Both the position numbers and the translations under genes were made by a program. A DNA stretch of 64,000 bases from Candidatus Omnitrophota bacterium. GTDB lineage: Bacteria; Omnitrophota; Gorgyraeia; Zapsychrales; Zapsychraceae. Numbering within the stretch: the first letter of the stretch is position 1; every line of letters begins with the position of its first letter. Where the stretch lies: NCBI GenBank assembly GCA_015233115.1, contig JADFYJ010000005.1, forward strand, positions 86,359 to 150,358, read 5' to 3'. This document shows, in pieces, positions 57,301-64,000 of the stretch. The notes below the pieces were generated by a model. That model was not told where the DNA came from, made no database searches, and saw nothing but the letters and a program-made list of their open reading frames with translations.

Positions 57301-60300
57301 CCTTCCACGACTTCTTTATTTTTTAGATAATACAATGATGTGCCAGTGGCCAAAAATTCGTTATGCGCGGTCTTTTGATGTGCCTGTGCGTAAAACACCA
57401 CCGCCTTGGTATCAGGCTCGCCGAATTTGGTCGTTCCTAAAGATTCCAGATCCACCTTGCCGCCGTAATAACTCCGGGCAAAACGGGCAAAATCGGTATC
57501 TTTAAAATCAATTGAGTAATTGCTCCATTGGGCGCTGGATTTATCCCATTCCACCAATAAATATAACGGCCCTTGCGTATCCGTCGCTGAATAATTGATG
57601 GATGAATTGTCCCCATAAACCGGGTAGAATTTATCCGGATCCAATTTCTTGAATAAAGCGCTGTTTTGACGGTCGGTATCTAAACTTGATGTGATCAAAT
57701 ATTTCCCAAGAATTTTTCCCTTCAAATAGTACGCAGCCCGTCCCTGACTATACAAGCCGGTATTATATTGATCCGCCGGGCTGACCGCTTCCATATTGCC
57801 TTTGTTAAAATTATATCCGACTTTTTCATCTCCCATACCGACGAGAAACATATAATTTTCACCGACTCGCACATTTTTGACATACGTTTTCCCTCCGATA
57901 ACATTATCGCCCGGGGCAGCGGCCAAAGGAATTCCAGTCGGAGAAACCAGTGTCCCAGCCGGCAAAGCCGGTGCTCCGAGTGTTGGTATAACATTTACGG
58001 GTGATGCCCCTTCAGCCGGTACAGCGGGTATCCCTTCTTGCACCAGAAAATCATAATTTCCGTTAGGCATAATCAATCTGATCGTATTGATGTCGTCCGC
58101 GACTTTACCATTAAGAACATCCTGCGCTGTAACTTTTGTTCGCGTCGTTAAAGGCACATCCATTTCCAACCTGCCATCTTTTTTGATCTGGATCGACTTT
58201 AAGTTACCAGCCAATTTACTGATGACCACCATCTCTCCATTCAAACTAATGGACTGCTTGGCGAGATTATTTGTCTCCGACGCTTGCCGTACCCAATCCG
58301 CGTAATTCGTAGGATTCAGTTTTGTGTCAGCCTGAGTTTCTTTATCTAAGCTCAACTTGGTAATATCACGGGCATCCTCTTGTGCTTGCTTTTGCCGGGC
58401 AAATTCATCCACATCACGAAACACAATCGGACGAATCTTGGTTTCATCCGTACGGTTATGTTCGTCTTTCGCGATAAAATAATATTCATAATCTTTTTTC
58501 ACATCGATATACCGGCCCATTTGATCTTTCCCGTCCCAAAATATCGGATCATCTATCGTATACCGGTCGCCCTCGAATTTCTTGACCAAACTCTTGGTGT
58601 ATTTATCCTGGATAATTAATTTCCATTGACTGATAAAAAGCGGATAATTCGTGAATATCCTAAACTCTACTTTATTAAGGAATATTCCATCACGAATATC
58701 GATTTGATTGCCAAACATATCCGCGTTCAATAACGGCACTGGAACAGTCTGGTCTTTCTGAACTGTAACATTTTTCATAAAGAATTGCGCGTCGTCACTC
58801 TTGAACCGGCCATAATCCATGTTCACACCAAAATTCACTTTATTGATCATGCCGTTGGTCACATCAATAATGACCGCTTTATCTGTCGTCAAATACGCGC
58901 CTTCCGGTAAGGTCCGTTCATCCAAGCGAACCACGTGGCGTCCAGGAGTTAAGCCCGGAATACTAAACTGTCCATTTTTATCCGTCGTGATAACTGTACC
59001 GTCTTCCATGGCCAACGTCACATTTGGCACAGGCTCTTCACGGATCACGTCTTGACCCATAGCGGAATATTCCGGAGCATCTTGAATACCATTTTCATTC
59101 TGATCCCAGAACACTTTTCCGATAACAGTTCCCATATCGAACAACGGATCCATCGCCACTTTAATATTAACCCTGGAGGTATTGGATAATTTAGTACCAT
59201 TACGATAAACCGCTTGCGCTTTATTTTCATATGTTCCCGGAACCACTCCTGAACCAACCACTAATTGATATTTTAAAGTCCTGGCCATGCCGGGAGTCAT
59301 TTTATGATCAGCGTTACCGATATAAAACATCAAAGGCCGGTTCCCAATCGGGTCAGCCGTCGGAAGGCCGTCTAAAGTCACCCGACCCGGCAAGAATTTA
59401 AATCCAGGAGGTATGATATCTTTTAAATACGGGTCAATAATATCATTGCTGCTAATACTTTCCATCTTCACGGTGTAGGTCGCAACTTCGCCCACGTGAA
59501 TTTGATTTTTATTAACGGATTTCTCGATCTTAATCAAAGTACCCGCTGAATCCACCGGCATATCCAACTGCATCACATTAGCGCCGACAGTAAAATGTTC
59601 ACCCAATGACCCGGTTGCCACAGTACGTCCGGCAGGGAATGTCTTTTCAACGGATGGGAAGTCATACCCGTTCACTTCAACCTTAATGTAATAATCACCA
59701 GGGGCAGCCAGGAAACTATAATATCCGTCGGCTAAAGTCGTGACCGGATTGGTATCCGTCACAGATAATTCTATATTGTCAGTCTTAGCCGGTAGATTCG
59801 TCGCGGCATTATAAATAGTGACCACAGCGCCTTTGATCAAATGATCAGATACAGAATCAAAAACATACCCGAATGGATCAACTAAAGAAACTGTGATGAT
59901 CCGGCTCGCTACCCCATCGCTCACCGCAACCAATTTTATAGCCCCTCTGGTCAAATCTGTGGTCAATATACCAGAATATGCTGTTCCACCAGCATTCTTA
60001 ACCAAGCTTCCCACTTTTTGCAACAGCAAGTTATGGGCAGCCGCGTCATCTTGCGCCAAAATATCAACCAAAACTGACGGAGTATCCGCGTTACCTGACA
60101 CCACCGGCCTAGGACTATTGACGCGGTCTGCCATAGCTGGAGAAACAATGACCGGCACTTGCTCAACAGTCGGGTTAGCGACGACTACAATTGGACGGTC
60201 AATGTATTTGATAAAAGCACCAGGATTAATTGGATCCGGCGCGTATAGCCTGAGCGCGTTTGCTCCAACAGCTAACTGCATATTGGAATACAAAGCCTTG

Positions 60301-63300
60301 TTCGGATCTTTTATATTAAGAGCGTCATTCGGGGCATTCTGGATGACAAAATTACCATTTGCATCCGTCGTAGCTCTGCCGATCTCATTGTCTGATCCGT
60401 CCTTGACTATCACCAATGTACCAGCAATTGCTGACCCGATGACTGTTACATACTGTCCAACCGTCTTTCCTGTGAAAGGATAATTGATATTCAAATTCAC
60501 AAAATTCCATTTAGGATTCGGGTTGACCACGTCATTATTTCCCAAATTCGTACACATGTTACAAATCAAATCATTTCCTGGCGCGCCCAGTACATCCGAA
60601 TCCTGCACTTTCAAATTCTGGGTAGACAAACCTGCCGCCAATAAATTCAAATTCCAAGTTCCTGGAGATGCGGTTGAAAGCAGACTTGTATACCCGGTTG
60701 TATCCCCATTGATGCCCTCAGTTCCGCGGACATTAAATGACCCGCCCACCGCAATAGTCTGAGTTGACCCGGCCGCAAATTTGATCGTCTTGGTGAGTTC
60801 ATTAGAATAAAGTGAATAAAACGTTGTGCTTCCGGTGATGGTCGCCGTACTTGCGGTATTAAAATTAATTTCACCAGTTCCAGGTGTAAATAAGCCCGGA
60901 TTGGTTCTGGTAAAACTTCCGGCGATTTTAAAGGTATTATGATTGTTCGCGTCAATAGTGGCCGGCGCTTTTAATTCACCGCCGGTGATGCTGACATCAT
61001 GCAGAACAGCTATTTTTCCGTTTACCGCGTTTAATATGCCATTAGTCGCAGCCGCACCATTCAACAGCAAATCATGGCCCACCGTCAAAAGGTTAGACGC
61101 ATTTGAAGTATCTAGAGAACCATTGGTAATCGTTAAATCATGATTAACCACCAAATCCGCAGTCGTGCGGTAATTATCCGGTACAGCGTTTATGTCATTG
61201 AGGATTAAATTATAATATGGAATATTAAGGATAGTACGCTGATTCAATACCCCATTATTGTCTCCAGTATAAATAAAGGTTCCACGGAATCCGGCATCAA
61301 CCTGAATAGTCGGAGTTTCTGTTCCCAGCATTTTGATCGTCCCATCATCAACACCCGCGGCATTATTGAATATTTTCCCAGTCATGATAATGTTGATGCC
61401 ATTTAAAGTCACGACAGCGCCGTTCGCGACTTTTAAATCTACGATCGAAACCGGTGTAGCCAAAGTAGGCTGATTCGGCACATTCGGAATCTTCGCGCCA
61501 TCTATTGGTCGAGGAATAAAGCCCAGATCCCAGTTCAAAGGATCATCCCAGCTCGTACCATTAGAACCATTCCAGACATCTTCGGCAGGACCAAACAACC
61601 AATTCGTATTATTGCCGTTAATTTGCGTTGAATTCGACGGCACCAAAAGAACACCAGCGTCAGCACGGCCTTTAACATTAGAGTCTCTCACGTCCAGAAA
61701 ATCCAAATCCTGGATGCCGTGGAATTTAAGTTCAAAATACGCCTGCGTGGTTGGCGCTGAACTGTTAATAGAAAGCAGATTTCCTGCGGCACCTTTTAAC
61801 GTCAATTGATGCGCAATCAATGGCGAATTGGCTTTGGCCACCGTGGTATCAAACGTTAAAGTTGCTGGGACTGCTGTTGTTTTTGTCAAATCATAGAAAT
61901 TCGTATTAACCGCGGAAATAGTTTGATTAACACCATTTAAGAGCACTAAACCGCCATTCGCGTTAAAGTTGTCGCTCGTCACATTCCCGCCATTGGAAGT
62001 AAAATTCCCCTGCACAGAAAATGTTTTTCCTAACCCCGGAGCGGTAAAGGTACCCGCGGTCATCACAAATGATCCATTATTCCCTGCAGAATCTTTGTTC
62101 ACCACAATATTACCGTTACCAGCCGTGAAGACTCCGCCACCCATATTCAAATTCCCGCCCACGCCGGTCGCGTTAGCTACTGTTAAAGTTTTAGCGTTCG
62201 TGGAAATATCAAACGTGCCTTTGGTCAAGGTCAAAGAACCGAAAATATTTAGATTCTTGTCAATGATGAATGTATCGGTCGCATCAGCGTTATTAATAAT
62301 CACATTGTAATAATCCATCTTCACATCGCCAAAATTCGGCTGCGGCAGAGTACGCGTGGTATTTGTATTTACACCATCACCAGTAAACGTAAACGTACCA
62401 GCGTCTTTATTGGACGTCGTAATGTGTAATTGATCAATAAAACCCCATAAAAGAACATTACCGCTATTCGACAGATTAATGATCGTCGCTTTAAAACTGT
62501 TAAAATTAATGGTCGCGCCAGCTTGAACGCTCATTGTTCCTACATTAATATCCCCCGTCAAAACCGGTTGGACACCCCCAGAGCCAGTTACGTTAGGTAT
62601 GATGACATTGTCCCCAACAAAAGGCACAATACCTAAATCCCAGTTGGCAGCCACATTCCAATCTGAAGATGTGGTTCCCTTCCAGGTCAAAGTTCCCGTA
62701 TTAAATACCCAATGCGGACTGGGCTGAAGAGTGTCATTGCCGCCCACATCAATGGAATTACGCGCCACCATATCCAAATTCGCTGCGTTGCCATTTTTAA
62801 CTTTTAGATATTGCAGAGCCTGAGAACTGCCATTATTCATATTTACTGTAAACTGCACCGGAGTTCCATCATCATCATTACTGTTTAAAGACAATTCTGT
62901 TCCTACCCCTGTTCCTTTTAACGTCAATGTCCCCGCCACATACTGAATGCCAGTACTGTCAAATATCAACGTATCAGTCCCAATTTTATTTAAATTGTAA
63001 AACGCGTTGGTTGTCCCCAGCACAGACTGATTATTTCCAACTAACGTCACAGTAACGTTGGTTCCAATAAATGTCGCTGCTGCTGCCCCGGTCCAGTTTC
63101 CGGTTACATTCATATTCTGGCCATTCATGTCAAAAGTGCCTGCTGTATTAAAAAATGAGCCACCGATCACAGCCAAACCATTATTTAATTTCGCGGTTCC
63201 GGTACCGGTATGACTTAAATTATAAAACGAAGTATTAGGAAGATTAAGAGTTTGAATACCTGCTGGAGCATATAATTTAAACGTACCCGCTGTCGGAGTG

Positions 63301-63536
63301 TATGTCCCGTTGTTGGTCCAATCCCCGGTTAAGCCGACGGTGCCTGTCGTCGTAGAAATCGTCCCGGCATTGACAATACTCCCGGCCACATTCAACGTAT
63401 CATTATTAATTTTAACAGTAGACCCGGCAGGAATATTTAGGCCCTGAGCAAAACATAAAAAAGAAAGTCCGCTGATAAGAAATAATATCAGCAGAGCATT
63501 GCGAAAAAATGAAGTAAAAACTTTTTTCCCGAGCAT
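54366..63536 (-). CDS. giant (3056 aa) outer-membrane protein: signal peptide, about 1000-aa T/N/G-rich beta-helix-like repeat region, Ig-like / CarboxypepD_reg-like / DUF11-like domains, about 800-aa C-terminal beta-barrel, then about 130-aa TPR-like tail
   Basis: SP MLGKKVFTSFFRNALLILFLISGLSFLCFAQG. Repeats like NVTGNWTGAAAATFIGTNVTVTLVGNNQSV. Domain-like segments (VTIYNAATNLPAKTDNIELSVTDTNPVTTLADGYYSFLAAPGDYYIKVEVNGYDF; IEKSVNKNQIHVGEVATYTVKMESISSND). Long run of amphipathic beta-strands ending ...LGVGFNFTDY...FVRLTGKF. Tail YYRTGQYEKAKKILEKLLEDAKK. Confidence 0.8.
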   Translation of the reverse strand: MLGKKVFTSFFRNALLILFLISGLSFLCFAQGLNIPAGSTVKINNDTLNVAGSIVNAGTISTTTGTVGLTGDWTNNGTYTPTAGTFKLYAPAGIQTLNLPNTSFYNLSHTGTGTAKLNNGLAVIGGSFFNTAGTFDMNGQNMNVTGNWTGAAAATFIGTNVTVTLVGNNQSVLGTTNAFYNLNKIGTDTLIFDSTGIQYVAGTLTLKGTGVGTELSLNSNDDDGTPVQFTVNMNNGSSQALQYLKVKNGNAANLDMVARNSIDVGGNDTLQPSPHWVFNTGTLTWKGTTSSDWNVAANWDLGIVPFVGDNVIIPNVTGSGGVQPVLTGDINVGTMSVQAGATINFNSFKATIINLSNSGNVLLWGFIDQLHITTSNKDAGTFTFTGDGVNTNTTRTLPQPNFGDVKMDYYNVIINNADATDTFIIDKNLNIFGSLTLTKGTFDISTNAKTLTVANATGVGGNLNMGGGVFTAGNGNIVVNKDSAGNNGSFVMTAGTFTAPGLGKTFSVQGNFTSNGGNVTSDNFNANGGLVLLNGVNQTISAVNTNFYDLTKTTAVPATLTFDTTVAKANSPLIAHQLTLKGAAGNLLSINSSAPTTQAYFELKFHGIQDLDFLDVRDSNVKGRADAGVLLVPSNSTQINGNNTNWLFGPAEDVWNGSNGTSWDDPLNWDLGFIPRPIDGAKIPNVPNQPTLATPVSIVDLKVANGAVVTLNGINIIMTGKIFNNAAGVDDGTIKMLGTETPTIQVDAGFRGTFIYTGDNNGVLNQRTILNIPYYNLILNDINAVPDNYRTTADLVVNHDLTITNGSLDTSNASNLLTVGHDLLLNGAAATNGILNAVNGKIAVLHDVSITGGELKAPATIDANNHNTFKIAGSFTRTNPGLFTPGTGEINFNTASTATITGSTTFYSLYSNELTKTIKFAAGSTQTIAVGGSFNVRGTEGINGDTTGYTSLLSTASPGTWNLNLLAAGLSTQNLKVQDSDVLGAPGNDLICNMCTNLGNNDVVNPNPKWNFVNLNINYPFTGKTVGQYVTVIGSAIAGTLVIVKDGSDNEIGRATTDANGNFVIQNAPNDALNIKDPNKALYSNMQLAVGANALRLYAPDPINPGAFIKYIDRPIVVVANPTVEQVPVIVSPAMADRVNSPRPVVSGNADTPSVLVDILAQDDAAAHNLLLQKVGSLVKNAGGTAYSGILTTDLTRGAIKLVAVSDGVASRIITVSLVDPFGYVFDSVSDHLIKGAVVTIYNAATNLPAKTDNIELSVTDTNPVTTLADGYYSFLAAPGDYYIKVEVNGYDFPSVEKTFPAGRTVATGSLGEHFTVGANVMQLDMPVDSAGTLIKIEKSVNKNQIHVGEVATYTVKMESISSNDIIDPYLKDIIPPGFKFLPGRVTLDGLPTADPIGNRPLMFYIGNADHKMTPGMARTLKYQLVVGSGVVPGTYENKAQAVYRNGTKLSNTSRVNIKVAMDPLFDMGTVIGKVFWDQNENGIQDAPEYSAMGQDVIREEPVPNVTLAMEDGTVITTDKNGQFSIPGLTPGRHVVRLDERTLPEGAYLTTDKAVIIDVTNGMINKVNFGVNMDYGRFKSDDAQFFMKNVTVQKDQTVPVPLLNADMFGNQIDIRDGIFLNKVEFRIFTNYPLFISQWKLIIQDKYTKSLVKKFEGDRYTIDDPIFWDGKDQMGRYIDVKKDYEYYFIAKDEHNRTDETKIRPIVFRDVDEFARQKQAQEDARDITKLSLDKETQADTKLNPTNYADWVRQASETNNLAKQSISLNGEMVVISKLAGNLKSIQIKKDGRLEMDVPLTTRTKVTAQDVLNGKVADDINTIRLIMPNGNYDFLVQEGIPAVPAEGASPVNVIPTLGAPALPAGTLVSPTGIPLAAAPGDNVIGGKTYVKNVRVGENYMFLVGMGDEKVGYNFNKGNMEAVSPADQYNTGLYSQGRAAYYLKGKILGKYLITSSLDTDRQNSALFKKLDPDKFYPVYGDNSSINYSATDTQGPLYLLVEWDKSSAQWSNYSIDFKDTDFARFARSYYGGKVDLESLGTTKFGEPDTKAVVFYAQAHQKTAHNEFLATGTSLYYLKNKEVVEGSDKIRAEVRDRVTGVVVSTQDLKEGSDYDIDYPSGRVIFWRPVPQIVTSTSIVSNNILDGNLVYVVADYAYSVSGTMNEASEGTRLAKAIGNHLIIGETYVKEEQQGGNYQLTGTDATLHVGDNAKVKAEVAETTSNAQDTYLSTDGGLSFTSVSAPAGSKNKAYGISGDATLFNRLGLTAAYRWIDNNFSTTDSTAQQGKELVSLAATYDITDHTRLRLRHDIQTLLDGGSTQTKLQVGGQKTTTTLAQIVHDVNSKLRLTAEFSNQAANALSPGDTTFASPGQGTLLAFQADYQVNDKLSVMARRQQTLSGTPNDQNTVGATIKPTDKTTVDLKYTNGQMGASAQMAAKYDVNKSVTAGKLVLKANYDIAANPSISTSTGATSQTYNTALGQNQATVGAEYSPNEKNKIETDVGLTDLQDKEPKKLVSFGGKSQIDRDSAVESKLSYATNSLDQDMVMTFGGRSQVDPNTTTTSGISVADTTRDGKDTKLTFGTEKKLNSEVSMLTTRSFGQAGSQKSTGDEYGLVREKDNVRLKGTLTRQLADAPDSITQSNIFGLTGDIGDRWALSGSYERGKVQNYNGTITDRDAYTLGVGYAKADEQTGEKVLTSSVKAEYRKDTGSSDMNQYLVYASAQGKVSPELTLYAKGQYTNSQNMDQETTLTSTGIPSIGTGTIAMLHQVTLGAAYRPLMMDKLNLIGEVTHKEEQSPASQADATNSDIQQSIADIFSAEGLYDIDEHWQVGEKFAYRMAKEKVAGFDFTNTHTWLMIHRINYKIDRDWMIGGEFRILAQHESRDMKSGFLIEAARRLNDFAQLGVGFNFTDYNDDLTSLSFASRGPFVRLTGKFYDRTPDEIARSNDRWVEEKISHWAWAMVEQELSNPQSPIMQELNTYYKLAQKSANRGSWEESFDIYRDIVLTGQMMYEEAASYIRTRVAQEKQLVDMKQKADDYYRTGQYEKAKKILEKLLEDAKKGVIE

Positions 63537-63541
63537 TAAGA

Positions 63542-63594
63542 AAATGTGACAATGTTAAAATAGTAATTGTCATCCCCGAGAGCTTGAATCGGGG
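63542..63594. repeat. TGTGACAAT inverted pair (atgtgacaatg...attgtcat) plus GC hairpin ccccga-gagcttgaa-tcgggg immediately upstream of the giant OMP gene start
   Basis: Read from sequence. Confidence 0.6.
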
Positions 63595-63706
63595 ATCCGT
63601 GGTTAAATATATTAGTAATATATTAATTATATACTACCAAATCACCACACCAGCTCAAGCACAGATTGAAAAATTTTTGCTTTTATTATATTAAGGAAGG
63701 ATTTTA

Positions 63707-64000
63707 TCAGAGGGAAAATTTATTAAGCCAATCCAATTCTTTTCGGTCGGGATTTTCTTGATACCAACCGCCTTCGGAGAAACGCTTTAGCATTTCGAAA
63801 TATTCTTCATACATTAAACCAACCCGCTTTATGGAATAATTTTTCTCGGCGTGTTCACGGCAGTCTTTGGGTTTGATAAGATGAATATTTTTCGCGGCCC
63901 AAACAAATTGCTCGAAGGTGCGACAGCGAAATCCCGTTTTGCCGTGGACCACGGTTTCCGGAAAAACGCCAAAATCCGTTGATATAACCGGCGTGCCGCA
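63707..64000 (-). CDS. glycosyltransferase (GT4-like), C-terminal part only; gene starts beyond the window
   Basis: Minus-strand ...GTPVISTDFGVFPETVVHGKTGFRCRTFEQFVWAAKNI...EHAEKNYSIKRVGLMYEEYFEML matches the GT-B C-terminal motif. Confidence 0.6.
   Translation of the reverse strand, partial: CGTPVISTDFGVFPETVVHGKTGFRCRTFEQFVWAAKNIHLIKPKDCREHAEKNYSIKRVGLMYEEYFEMLKRFSEGGWYQENPDRKELDWLNKFSL

Overview
This 64 kb window is a low-GC (about 40%) chromosomal segment from a diderm (LPS-producing) bacterium. Nearly all genes are on the minus strand. In order along the minus strand it contains: (i) a Kdo2-lipid A / LPS-core block (GT4-GT9-like glycosyltransferase at the edge, a fused LpxL-ELM1-like gene, lpxK, kdtA); (ii) xerC, topA, dprA, aroK, then a convergent type IV pilin / prepilin peptidase pair, aroE, leuA, ilvC, ahcY-metK; (iii) a sugar nucleotidyltransferase and a regulatory PTS-Ntr module (ptsI, HPr, yvcK, ptsN); (iv) three tRNAs (Lys-UUU, Leu-UAG, Gly-GCC) and the rpsB-tsf-pyrH-frr operon; (v) msbA divergent from lpxB; (vi) a complete Bat/MoxR aerotolerance-type operon (moxR, DUF58, DUF4381-like, batA, batB, batC, batD, batE); (vii) a 1095-aa cytoplasmic glycan phosphorylase/hydrolase-like protein with a CE4 polysaccharide deacetylase, yqeY, DUF167 and ygjP; (viii) a cell-envelope cluster of a 3056-aa outer-membrane protein (beta-helix/Ig-like passenger, about 800-aa C-terminal beta-barrel, TPR-like tail), a 1625-aa secreted TPR-like repeat protein, an AsmA-family protein and a membrane-anchored PilZ coiled-coil protein. 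The giant genes and gene content fit a PVC-related candidate lineage such as Omnitrophota, but this is inference only. The most unusual directly visible signal is in the DNA, not the proteins. Almost every intercistronic gap carries a stereotyped element. A tandem array of a short repeat unit of 7, 8, 9 or about 14 bp sits just after a stop codon. Then comes a conserved core close to CATCAATCGCTTTTTC, then an AT-rich spacer, then the reverse-complement array just before the next start codon. At least 16 such loci occur, with four interchangeable arm families, and several arms donate stop codons and C-terminal residues to genes. A second family of about 120-bp structured repeats (4 copies) has variable inverted-repeat arms around a conserved core GAGCGAGTT-hairpin-TGTTTGAGCGAA. 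The most promising candidate for a novel system is the giant OMP / giant TPR / AsmA / PilZ cluster, possibly a c-di-GMP-gated surface structure, together with the genome-wide paired repeat-array architecture.
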